From: Selaginella moellendorffii
Lineage: Eukaryota; Plantae; Lycopodiophyta
Reading direction: 5' to 3'
Length of the DNA stretch: 64,000 bases
NCBI RefSeq assembly: GCF_000143415.4
Contig: NW_003314336.1
Coordinates: forward strand, 570,830-634,829
Shown here: positions 1 through 11,695 of the stretch, one piece after another
Position numbering within the stretch: position 1 is the stretch's first letter
Layout of the letters: each line of letters begins with the position of its first letter
Made by a program: the position numbers and the translations under genes
The notes under the pieces: model-generated
The model's input: the letters and a program-made list of their open reading frames with translations, nothing else
The model's database searches: none
What the model was told of the DNA's origin: nothing

Positions 1-372
1 CCCAAACTTGATTTCAAACGCCTCGGTCCTTTCCCTATCACTTCCATCATTAATCCTGTCACTTATTGCCTTGCACTTCCCTCCTCATATCAAATTCACC
101 TTGTTTTTCACTCCTCTCTCCTTGAGCCTTATATTCCCAATTCTATTCCAAATTGGGTCATTCCTCCGCCTCCACTAGTATAGCTTGAAGATGGGTCTGA
201 GTACGAGGTTTAGGACATCCTTGATTTCAAGATCTCACGGTCTAAACTCTACTATTTTCGACTGGAAGGGTTATAGACTTGTGGAACACATTTGGGAACC
301 TGTGGACAACATGATTCATTCTCCTGACCTTGTTCAAGACTTCCACCACCGCTATCCTTCTCGTCCCAGTCC
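1..372 (+). pseudogene. Ty3/gypsy chromovirus integrase C-terminus (GPY/F motif plus chromodomain), decayed
   Basis: Manual translation gives [12 protein letters not shown]...VTYCLALP...[12 protein letters not shown]...EYEV*DILD...(frameshift)WKGY...WEPVDNM...LVQDFHHRYP. A polypurine tract GAGGAGGGGG follows at ~459-468. Confidence 0.85.
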
Positions 373-471
373 TCATTCTTTTTCTCCATCTCCCATCCTT
401 CACTGCCCATTTTATCCTCCTCTTTGTTCTCATTCATGTCCTCATTCCACTTGTTCTTGAGGAGGGGGTGC

Positions 472-818
472 TATCAGGAATCCCCCAATTCTTGCCTGAC
501 TCTTGCCGGATTCCTGACATGCAAACCACATTCCTGACTCTCAAGACATTCCTGACTCTCTAATTTCCCATACAAATCCTGAGTCTCGAGCCACATTCCT
601 GATGATGATTGTGTTGCCTCCTTGACCTCAGCTATATTTAGGCCGTCCTCGATCCAAGAGTGGTGGAGCTTCATCAACCTATAGTATATATAAGTTAGCC
701 TTGTTCCATTTCTCCACAATTTGAATCAATGCTAATCTAAGGCCTCTTCTTTGTTTCCACTAGCTTTTCTCTTTGTCTTCTGCATTTTCTAGTCTTGATC
801 TTGTTGGGGGTCTTGACA
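472..818 (+). mobile_element. 3' LTR of the chromovirus at 1-372
   Basis: Starts directly after the PPT (TATCAGG, probably TGTCAGG originally) and ends in TCTTGACA. Contains short internal repeats (CATTCCTGACTC) and a TATA-like TATATATAA. Confidence 0.65.
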
Positions 819-859
819 TGCTTTAGCTTTAAACTAACTTCCCGTAACCGATCTAACAC

Positions 860-1506
860 TTTATCAACATCATGGATGTTTTCTCCTACATTCTCTTTGA
901 GCAGATTAATGCATCATTGATGAAGTTAAAAGTCACCTTCAGCATATCACAAAGAACTTTATCCAGCATCTTTTGGGAAGTTACCAAAGCATTGTTTAAA
1001 CCAAATGGCATCACTAAGTACTCGTAGAAACCAAATGATGTATGAAAAGTAGTTTTAGGAATATTTTCTTTGGCCATCGGTACTTGTCAGTACCCAGAAG
1101 CAAGATTTAATTTGGTGGTTTAGTTACTACAAATTTACTCATTAAAAAGTTAATAACCAAATCTAAGTGACAAAAAAAATAAAAATCATGAATCAATTCA
1201 AAAATATCAACTAGTTAAAATATATGAACTAACGACTTCTTCCCAAACGATTCAAGAGATTAACAATGTGAGGAAAAGGGTATACATCCAAGATCGTCAC
1301 TTCGATTAATAAACAATAGTTGATGCAAAAACAAATTCTTCTATCATGTTTTTTCACAAGATGAGGTTCATATGCCTAAGGATTTTGTGATTTTTGAATA
1401 ACACCCCTTTCCAACATTTTTTTTACATTTGCATGTAAATCTTGATTTTTTTGGGTGACCGATGAAGAACTGAAAGCTTGATTAAATGAGCATCCTCATT
1501 TGGAAT
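860..1506 (-). pseudogene. Ty3/gypsy reverse transcriptase fragment, same family as 21-26 kb and 35.6-39.9 kb
   Basis: KTTFHTSFGFYEYLVMPFGLNNA...FINDALI, alignable to the RT region at 37340-37771. Confidence 0.85.
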
Positions 1507-1598
1507 TGTAAGCAACTAAATTTTCCATTTTACTTTAGTCATTTAACCACACCTCCAACCATTTGGAGGAGTCTTACTAACAACCTCTATAAGTCCTA
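1507..1598 (-). mobile_element. Terminal stub of the 3' LTR of non-coding LTR element copy B
   Basis: TGTAAGCAACTAAATTTTCCAT... matches the LTR end TGTAAGTGACTAATTTTTCCAT at 10181 and 16109. Interrupted at 1599 by copy A. Confidence 0.75.
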
Positions 1599-1831
1599 TG
1601 TGAGACACAAATTCCTAAACCCCAAAGTGGAGCCAAAAGGGTGCCACGTGGTAGTGGCCGAAGTGAAAGCCAAACAAGTGTAACACGTTTGGACTAAAAT
1701 CTTCGACTTAAAAGGTCGAGAGCAGGAGTGAAATTCCCAATGAAGTGCTCGAGGAACAACCACGAAGCGAGCAATAAGTGAATCTTTAGAAAAGGGACAC
1801 AAGAGGACCAACACATGACACGTAGAAGTGT

Positions 1832-2262
1832 CTGAGATGGAGTCCAAGAAGGAGTCTGAGATGGAGTCCAAGATGGAGTCCAAGATGGACCTGAGATGGA
1901 GTCTGAGATAGGGTCCAAGATGGACTTGAGATGGAGTTCGAGATGGAGACTGTGATGGAGTCCGAGATGGAGTCCGAGATGGAATCTGAGATGGACCTGA
2001 GATGGAGTCTGATATGAACTCGAGATGGAGTCCAAGATGGAGTCCGAGATGGAATCTGAGATGGACCCGAGATGGAGTTCAATATGGATTTGAGATTGAG
2101 TCCGAGATGGGTCCGAGATGGAGTCCGAGATGGACCCGAGATGGAGTCCAAAATGGAGTCTGAGATGGAGCCAAGATGGAGTCTGAGATGGACTCGAGAT
2201 GGACCTGAAATGGAGTCCGAGATGGAACTGAAACCGAGACTAAGTCTAAGTTCGAGTCTGAG
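1832..2262 (+). repeat. 12-bp minisatellite (GAGATGGAGTCC)n inside the LTR
   Basis: Directly visible tandem array with GAGATGGACC variants. Reverse-complement arrays occur at ~7060-7390 and ~11140-11695. Confidence 0.95.
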
Positions 2263-5213
2263 TCCAAATAGCAATCATTCCCCGAGGGGGGGGGGGGGAT
2301 CAGGCTGGCTGGCTGTAGGGGGTTCCAAAAGTATAGTAGGGAGAGTGTGGGGGTTGGACCCTAATGGAGTTAGTTTGGCCAAGAAAGGCTAGTTTGGCCC
2401 AGAAAGGCTATGCCCAATTGTTAGGTGATGAGATAACCATTGAGAAGTCCAAAGCTAGAGTGAATATAGACCAACAAGCAGGGTAACTTGGTGAAGTGTT
2501 CAAAAGCCGGCTCTAGTTCCCTTGGGAAATTGAATGGTCGATGCTTCCAGTCCAAGCATGGGTGGCACTACCTACTTGGATACTTGGTGTAGCTTAACAT
2601 AACCTTGCTTTAAGCCCATAGCTAGAGCACCCAAAGGCGAAAGGTGGGGAGAGTACCCATGAGGCTTGCGTAGGGCCATAGTGTTCTGAAATGTTGTCCC
2701 AAAGTCCTGGACTGTGGAAAGGAAGAGGAGTAGTCCTCTAGTATGGTGACCAAGGATACGGTCACATAGTAAGGAAGTCCGAGGAGTGGGTCTATCCTTG
2801 AGGAGTAGCAAGTTGGGAGGACATGGCTCTCCACTATAGTTCATGTGTGAGCCTGTAGGCAAGGTGGTGGATAAAAAAGGGTGAATAAAGGAACGACTTT
2901 GGGATCTTGGGACCAGTATAAAGTTTTCTTCAGAGAGTTGGAAATGTGATCCAGATGAGCGTTTGACTCAGCAAACTGGCTAATATAATTGTGGTAAATA
3001 ATTATAGTTGGGATCATGGGAAATATAGAGACTCCAAAACAATAAAGGAGTCACAAGATTATCCTCATATAGTTGAGGTTAGTGCTCATGAATTGGAGAC
3101 CAAAATTAATGACCATGGGAGGTTAAATACGGAAGAGGACACAAGTCCTTAACATGGTAGTTGAGGCTACCCTTAATAAATGCTAGAACAACCCAAGGGA
3201 TTGGGGGTGTACTTAGAGAATGAGTTGGTATTCTTATCACATGAATATATAGTCCTAAGGGGCAAAGGTAGCCATATAGAATAAAGAATAATCAAGTGTC
3301 GAAGTAACACTTGAAAAAATGGTCCTTATATGTAGGACATAAATATAAGAAATTGTATTCTAATGAGCTAGCACCTCATGGGACCTTATAAATCGTCAGA
3401 TTAGTGAAGTCCAAAAAGCTAGATGACTCGAATGGAGCCAAGGAATGGTCTTAAAGGATTGGTGAAAGCATTTGAACTGAGGTGTGTTATACCCCACAAA
3501 AGATAAGGAGGATTATAAGATCCAAATGTGAAAACAGTGGGTATCTCATTGATGGTAAAATGTGCTATACTAAAGGTATGGGAAAGTGTTTCCCAAAAGA
3601 AAGCAACTTTGACACAAAGTTGTGTGTAAACTATATTGTGTAATACTAACAGATAATTGACATGAGAAACAACTGTATTAGTCTTGGCAAAGACCTAGAT
3701 ACAAATAAAAAGTGTCATAAAGGTAGGTTCGTGGAGTTAATGGTGTGGAAACACCGAATGTGCCAAGGCATGATGCCTTGAGGTCAAGTTCGTAAGTTCA
3801 TGAGAACCCCTTCCCAAAGGAATCCTAATGGAAATGGGAATGGCATAGCGTAAATTGGAAGGCATGCGGTTAGAGTGTGGTGACCCAAAATAATGATAGA
3901 GGTGTGGAAGCACTAGCAATGAGTTGCAGGACTTGATAACTATGACGCAACTAAGCAAAAAGGTGCAAAATAATTAATTGAACTAGTAGAAGGTAACTAC
4001 CTAAAACTTTTTATTAGGATAAGGAAGTTAGACATACCCTTATGGGGGATAAATTGCTCATGTTGCGATATAGTAAGTCAATGTCATAAAGAGAATGCTC
4101 ATTACCAAAGAAAGCTATCATTGGGACATCCAAACACTCTAAAACACTAGGAAATGGTGTTTGGTGTCATGAGGGCATTAAATAAAGCCCAAGGCACTAA
4201 ATCCCTAGCAAATGATGTATAAGAAGTGTTATCCAAACATCCAAGGTTGTGGAGACAAGAGAAATTTATATATCCGAATTGGACAAAGCCATAAAGGGAT
4301 TTTGGTAAGGCTAGTCATAGACATATAAAGGCCTATAAGTAGCAACGTTAATCCCAGTGTGTAGAATTACAAGGTGAGCATACTCGGATTGAGGAACCAC
4401 TCCTTAGGCTATCAAGTAAGTTCATCCCTATGAATACTTGCTAAGGCATGGTAGAAAGTGCAAAGCTATCCTCCTAGTCTGGATGAGAATGATTGAAGGA
4501 AACGTATAAAGCTAAAAAACAAATAATAAAGGGATAGAACCGAACCATAGGAATCGAAGGGTATAACTAAGGGTGGTTATACAAGTTGAGAGTGGAGAAT
4601 CAAATGGGGGCTCGAACGGTTTGTTATTAGCAACCGTGATGCTATGGAGAGTTTAAATATAGAATTATCTATATTAGACCATATGGTAATTAGAAAGCTT
4701 GCAAAAAAGAGAGGCCTTAGCAAGCTAAAGAATAGAGTTCCTTAAAAGTTCCCAAAGACGATTCTAAGTAGATAAGTACTTATAAAGCCAAGTATAAATG
4801 GTTTATAGAGCGCACAAAATCAAAAAGTTGCAGCAGAAGCATGGTCTTGAAGCTTGCTTTATCAAGGTTAAAGAAGTAATTCTTAAGTGTTCAAAGAGAG
4901 GGCTTTGAAAAAAAGTCGATGATTAAGGATTTTCATGCTTGTGCATGAACCATATTACGGTGGTTGGATGACTTGCTAGGTGAGATTAGCAAATTGGGGG
5001 AATAAATACCCTAATTGAAGGTGCTAACTTCAAAAAGGGTGGCCCATGGAGCCAAGCATATGGAAGAGTCCATGCATGACACAGATATGTCAAATGAAAG
5101 GATTTGGCAATATGGCTTTCATTTGACAATATGGAGGAATTAAGTTCCTAAACTATGATTTGTAGCACGCTTTAAGTATAAGTTGGTGCACCAGCATGGA
5201 GAGTCATGCCAAG

Positions 5214-5408
5214 TGTAAACTCCTGAATTTGGACTTCCCAGGAGGTCACCCAGCCCAGTACTATTCAAACCCAAGGACGTTTAACCCCAAATATCCCAAG
5301 ACCCTTAACCAATTGGAAAAGGGGGTGCACTCTTGTTTATGGGCCCTTTCCCTCTATATTTAAACCCCTATGGATCGTCTCTCGAGTCGTTCCCTTTGAT
5401 TGCTTACA
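5214..5408 (-). mobile_element. Cassandra-type TRIM solo LTR with a 5S rRNA-derived segment
   Basis: TGTAA...TTACA termini and near-TSD CCAAG/CCAAA. Contains GGACTTCCCAGGAGGTCACCCAGCCCAGTACT, the reverse complement of the plant 5S internal region (AGTACTAGGATGGGTGACCTCCTGGGAAGTCC). Absent from the equivalent site in copies B and C. Confidence 0.9.
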
Positions 5409-6742
5409 CCAAACATCTTGTATGATACCATCTGTAAATGCATATACGGAGGTTGGGTTTGAGTCCTGACCCTCTAGTGCTTGAGTTCGAGTCCTAACTC
5501 ACTAGGGTGAGGTGATGGTTTGGAATATAAGGACACTCATTTTTCAATGATCATGGACTCTTAATAACGAGACTAGCTTAGGGCCACCACCAAGTGGGGG
5601 ATGCCTCGGAGTCGTGATGCACGGTTAGATTGTTTAATGTGAAAGCTTAGCATATCTAACTTGAACACTTTGGTGCAAGTGGCACCAAGGATGTAATGAA
5701 TGAGATAGGGACACCCAATCTTAGTTGTTATGGACCCTTGGTTAGAAGGGTTGGCTTGGGCGCACCACCAAATGTGGGGGATGCCCCCGGGGTTATGGTC
5801 AACAACTTAAAGGTCTGGAAGACCTATTATCTATTGGCAAACCTATTAAAGTGCCAAGATGAGACTATTAAGTGATCTTGTGGCTAAATAAGGATAAGGT
5901 TCTTTTTTGGGTAAGGAATAAAGTTCTTAGTTCAGAGTATTAATTTGAACTAATAATAATGGTGTGGCTTAGTCAAGGTGACCAAGTGGGAAGAACACTT
6001 AAAGGAAATGAGCTATATCAATGCGATGGCATAGTGAGTCCAAAGAAAATAGTTTTTATGAGAGATCCATGGGAGGGTCACAAAGTTGGGCCATGGATGG
6101 GGTATATAACAGAAAATGCTAAAAAGATCTATTAGGGGTGAGCACCCTTTGGACTTGGCAAAGTGGAGTTTTTGCTATGGAACCGAAAGAATACCTTAAG
6201 GATGGAGGTAGTGATCCTATGTTTCTTGGTGCAACAATCAACGGATAGGAGCAAAAGACTAGTGGCTAAGAAAAGAGCCATGGGAATCATGGGATAAAAC
6301 CCAAATGGCAAAGTTAAGCCTGAAACACTAATGTGTTAGATGCTAAGAGATTGTGGGAAGGTAATGTGTTTCCAAGGATGGATTCCCAATTGCTTCGATT
6401 TAGCGAAGGTGGAAGCTCCAAGGGAGGAGCAGTAGCCAAATGATAGGGCTGTGGATAGCCCTAGCACTGTGGACAGTCCGAGTCTAAATACTAATACAGA
6501 GTATTGGGTGAAAGCCCAAAGTGATTGTTCCCCATAGGGGGGGCGGGGGGTTCCAAAAGTATAGTAGGGAGAGTGTGGGGGTTGGACCTTAGTAGAGTTA
6601 GTTTGGCCAGGAAAGGCCAGTTTGGCCCAGAAAGGCCAATTTAGCCCAGGAAGGCCATGCCCAGCTGTTGGGTGATGGGATAACCACTAGGAAGTCTAAG
6701 GCTAGAGTGAATATGGACTGACAAGTGAAGTAGCTTGGTGAA

Positions 6743-9700
6743 GTAGGTAGTGCCACCCACACTTGGATTGGGAGCATTAACCATTCGATCTCCCGGGGGA
6801 ACTAAAGCTGGCTCTTGAATACTTCACTAAGCTACCCCACTTGTCTGTCTGTATGCATTCTAGCCTTGACCTCCCAATGGTTATATAATCACCCAACATT
6901 GGGTATAGCCTTTTTGGGCCACACTAGCCTTTTCTAGCCAAATTGGTTCCATTAGAGTGCAACCTCACATTCTCCCTACTATACTTTTGGAACCCCTGCA
7001 GCCCCCCCCCAGGGGACAATCACTTTGGGCTTTCACCCCACAATCTATATCAGTATTTGGATTTGGACTCGGACTCGGACTCAGACTCGGACTTAGACTT
7101 GGTCTCAGTCTTGGTTTCATTCCTAGTCTCGGTCTCTATCACGGGTCCATCTCGAGTCCATCTTAGACTCCATCTCAGATCCATCTTAGACTCCATCTCG
7201 AGTCCATCTCAGACTCCATCTCAGACTCCATCTCAGACTTCATCTCGGGTCCATCTCTGGCTCCATCTTGAACTCCATCTCGGGTCCATCTTGAACTCCA
7301 TTTGGGGTCCATCTCGGATTCCATCTCGGGTCCATCTCGGACTCCATCTCGGACTCCATCTTAGGTCCATCTTAGACTCCATCTCAGACTCTTCCACGTG
7401 TCATATGTTGGTCCTCTTATATCCCTTTTCTAGAGACTCACTTATTGCTTGCTTCATGCTTATTCCTGGAGCCCTTTATTGGGAGTTCCATTCTTGCTCT
7501 CGACTTTTCAAGTCGAAGCTTTTAGTCTAAACATATTACGCTCATTTAGCTTCTGCATCAGCCACCACCATATGGCACCCTTTTGGCTCTACTTTGGGGA
7601 TTAGGGATTTGTGTCTCATAATTCCACCACCTATAGATGAAGCTCGATGTCCTTGTTGAATGATAAACCATTTTATAAAATAACCCCATCATGGATTACC
7701 ACTTTTCATCCTTGGCACCCAACCAATATCTATCAATGGTTTGACACCAAAAGCTCACCGTGCTTTGTCCATCCTCTAAGGAGCATAGTCTTTCCAACTT
7801 AGAGACTCATTAGACTACTGATGCTGGTCCTTCCCCCCTTTTTTTTTGTTTATTTAGTTCATGCTAAACTCGTTTTCAATTTCACTACTCATTCAAGAGT
7901 AGTCTCGGCCTTTACTAACATAACCATTGCACTCTAGAGCTTTAATATTGATATCTCAAATCAATTTCCTAGGTGTGTCTGACACCTTGTATTGCACCAG
8001 TTATAGGAAGTTCTTTACTAGAGGGCATCATCATATTTTCTTTCATTTCATGCCATCGTTGGCACTAAGTTCCACTTATCCATAACTCATATTAGGGCTA
8101 TCCATGGCCCTATCATTTAGCTACTTTACCACTTCATATATTTTAAAGCTTTTACCTTCGCCAAATTGGAGCATTTAGGAATTCATCATTGGAAATATAT
8201 TTCCTTTCCCACAATTCGTTAGCATTGCTTAAGTTTGCTATTTAGATTCCTTCTAATGATTTTTATGGCTTAATCTCGGCCACTAATCTTTTGCTTCTAT
8301 CCTTTGATTGTTGCACTATGCAACATAAAATCACTACCTCCATCCTTGAGATATCTTTTTTGTTTCATAGTGCTTTGCCAAGTTTAAAAGGTGTTTATCC
8401 ATAATAAATATCTATAGCATTTTCTGCTGTGGGCTCTATTCATGGCCCAACCTTGAGACCCACCCATGAGTCCTTTTCTTAGAGACTATTTTCTTGGACT
8501 TACCATACTATTGTATTGTTACAATTCAGTTCCTTTAGGTGTCTTTCCCACTTAGTTACTTTGACCAAGCCATACGATTACCAATAGTTCAAATCAACAC
8601 TTTGAATTAGAAAATTCACAAGGATCTTATCCTTGTTTAGCTATAGATAATCTAGTGATTTAACTTTGATACCTTAACAGGTTTATTAATAGGTACTAGG
8701 TCTTCCAGACTTTTAACTTGTTGACCATGATCTCAGGGGCATCTCTCACACTTGGCAGTGCACCCAAACCAGCCCTTTCAGCCAAGGGTTCATAACAACT
8801 AAGATTGGGTGTCTCTATTTCATTCACCATGTTCTTAGTGCCACTTGCATTAAAGTGTTCAAGTTAGATATGCTAAGCTTTCACACTAAGCTATTTAACT
8901 GTGCATCACAACTTTGGGGCATCCCCTTCTTGGTGGTGTGTCCAACCTAGTCTCTTTATTAAAAGTCTATGACCACCGAAAAATAAGTGTCCTCATATTC
9001 CAAACCATTACCATGCCCTATCGATTTAGGACTCGAACTCAAGCACTATAGGGTTGGGACTCAAACCTAACCTCCGTATATGCATCTATGAATGGCATCA
9101 CCCAGGATGCCTGGTGTAACTCCCCATACTAGTGCACCAACTTATACCCAAAACGGTTTATAAATCATAGCTTAGGAACTTACTTCCTCTGAACTACCAA
9201 GTCCTCTCACTTGACAAATCTATGATTATATATGGATTCTTCCATGCTTAGCCTTATAAGCCACCCCTTTTGAAGTCAACACCTTCAACTAGGGTCTTTG
9301 TTCCTCGACTTGCCAATCTCGCTCAGCAAACCATCTGATTAGTGTAACATGGTTTCATGCATAAGCGTGAAAGTCCTTAACCATCGATTTTTGTTCGAAG
9401 CCATTTTTTTAAACACTTAGGAACTATTTCCTCTACCTTGATAGCCTCGCCTCATGGCAAGCTTCAATAACCACGCTTTTACTGTACCACTTTGATTTCT
9501 TGCATTTTATGAACTATTTATATTTGTCTTTTTAGATATTAACCTACCTAAAATTGTCTTTGAGAACTTTGAAGGGACTATGTCCCTTAATTTTTTAAAG
9601 CCTCTCCTTTTGCAAGCTTTTTAATTGTCATATGGTCTAACATGAACAATTCCATATCTTAGACTTTCCATAGCATCATAGTTGACAATAACAACACTTT

Positions 9701-10180
9701 TGAGCACCCATTTAATTCTCCACTCCCAACTTGCATAACCACTCTCAATTACCCTTCGATTATTATAGTTCAATTTTATCCCTTTACTACTTGTTTTTGG
9801 TCTTAAACGTTTCCTTCAGTTATTCTCCTCTAGACTAGGAGGATAAATTTGCACTTTCTATCATGCCTTAGCAAGTATTCTTAAGGATGAACCTACGCGA
9901 TACCCTTGGGAGTGGTTCCTCAATTCAAATATGCTCACCTTGTAATTCCACACATCGGGATTAACATTGTTACTTACATATCTTCATATACTTGTCACTA
10001 GCCTTACCAAAATCTTTTTTGGCTTTGTCCAGATAGACAAACCTTTCCCGTCTCCATAACTTTAAACATTGGATAACACCTTTTATCCATTATTCGCTAG
10101 GGACTTAATCCCTTGGGCATTATCTAATGCCCTCATGACACTAAATACCACTTCTTGTTGTTTTAGAGTGTCTAAATGTT
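6743..10180 (-). mobile_element. Non-autonomous LTR element copy B (LTR part ~6743-7620, PPT ~7621-7632, internal region to 10180)
   Basis: Colinear with copy C over ~10950-14680. Resumes as a short piece at ~16132-16310. Confidence 0.75.
7060..7390 (-). repeat. 12-bp minisatellite (GGACTCCATCTC)n in the LTR of copy B
   Basis: Visible tandem array. Confidence 0.9.
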
Positions 10181-10836
10181 TGTAAGTGACTAATTTTTCC
10201 ATTCTACTTTAATCACTTAACTACACCTCCGACCACTTGGAAGAATCTCACTCACAACTTCCATAAGTCTTATTTTGGACTTAAGGACTTGTTAGCCCCA
10301 AAGAATGGCATCCATGCCACTCAACCATTGCACTTGGTCCAAGTGCTCCATGTGTTCGATCCCATGACCAACACCCCAAGGTACCATTGACATATTAGCC
10401 CATTACGCTAAGGCCATGCCCATTCACTTTAGTCATACCAATGGTCTTACACCATTTACATTACAGTCTCGTCTCTCAAAGATTGGATCATCCGTTCATG
10501 AGTGATCATCCCAGATCCACTCCTTAGCATCCTAAGATGCCCACAGACATGGGGAATAGCCTTCCCCAATATCCCTTTTCCGGTCCCCACCAAGTCCCTT
10601 TCTGCCCACGGCCGTGTTCACCAACACTGCCACTGGATCAAGGCCCACGGACCCGACCACTAAGTCCCACGGCCCTTTGGGACTTCCTCACCACCCGATT
10701 GTATCCTTGGTCACTACACCAGAGGACTACTCCTTTTCCTTTCCACAATCTGCGCCTTTGGGACAACATTTCGGAACACCGTGGCCTTACACGAGCCTCA
10801 TGGGTTCTCTCCCCACCTTCTGCCTTTGAGTGCTCT

Positions 10837-10936
10837 NNNNNNNNNNNNNNNNNNNNNNNNNNNNNNNNNNNNNNNNNNNNNNNNNNNNNNNNNNNNNNNN
10901 NNNNNNNNNNNNNNNNNNNNNNNNNNNNNNNNNNNN
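10837..10936. other. Assembly gap (100 N); other gaps at 56636-56735 and 62215-62388
   Basis: N runs. Confidence 1.
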
Positions 10937-11139
10937 GTCAGTCCGGGTTCCCTTTAGTCTGGGACTTCCCAGTGGGCAGCTCATCACCCAACACTAGGTA
11001 CAGCTTCTTGAGCTAAACTAGTCTTTCCTGGCCAAACTGGCTCCATTGCAGTCCTCCCCCTCTACTATACTTTTGGAGCTCACCAAACCCCCTAGGGTCT
11101 GGGAGACGAACGCTTTGGGCTTTCACCCTCTCAGACTCA

Positions 11140-11695
11140 AACTCGGACTTGGACTCGGACTTGGACTCGGGCTTGGGCTCGGTCTCGGCCTCGGTCTCGG
11201 TCTCGGTCTCGGTCTCAGTCTCGGTCTCGGTCTCGGTCCCGGTCTTGGTCTCGGTCTCGGTCCCGGTCTTGGTCTCGGTCTCGGTCTTGGTCTCGGTCCC
11301 ATCTTGGACTCCATCTCAGACTCTATCTCGGACTCCATCTCGGGTCCATCTCAAACTCCATCTCGGACTCCATCTTGGGTCCATCTCGGACTCCATCTCG
11401 GGTCCATCTCGGAATCCATCTCGGGTCCATCTCGGACTCCATCTTGAACTCCATCTTGGGTCCACCTCAGACTCCATCTCAGACTCCATCTCAGGTCCAC
11501 CTCGGACTCCATCTCAGACTCCATCTCAGGTCCACCTCGGACTCCATCTCGGACTCTATCTCGGGTTCCATCTCAGGTCCATCTCGGTCCATCTTAGACT
11601 CCACCTCGGACTCCAACTTGAGCTCCAACTCGGACTCCATCTCGGACTCCACCTTGGACTCCAACTCGGATCCATCTCAGGTCCATCTCGGACAC
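11140..11695 (-). repeat. Compound microsatellite/minisatellite, (GGTCTC)n then (GGACTCCATCTC)n, in the LTR of copy C
   Basis: Visible tandem arrays. They generate the spurious GL/RP/SV repeat ORFs. Confidence 0.95.

Larger units (their letters stand above)
1599..6742 (+). mobile_element. Non-autonomous LTR element (LARD-like) copy A, with internal deletions
   Basis: Begins TGTGAGACAC, the reverse complement of the LTR end at 11915-11924. 1599-2780 is LTR, 2780-6420 is the reverse complement of internal DNA at ~12600-16030, and 6480-6742 is a partial second LTR. No recognisable gag/pol ORF. Confidence 0.75.

Noticed and set aside
1832-2262. CRISPR-like array
   Set aside because: Contiguous tandem repeat without unique spacers, in a eukaryotic context with no cas genes.
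1694-2392. Long ORFs with SISD/HLGL/PSRTPS repeats (also 6943-7530, 11046-11983, 26327-26582)
   Set aside because: Artefacts of 6- and 12-bp tandem repeats in LTRs; open in several frames on both strands.
5225-5290. 5S rRNA gene (also ~20955-21008 and ~23690-23745)
   Set aside because: Only a diverged internal fragment inside TG...CA LTRs; called as Cassandra instead.
1599-6742. Circularly permuted or tandem 5-kb unit
   Set aside because: Explained more simply as LTR-interior-LTR with deletions once the PPT and PBS in copy C are located.
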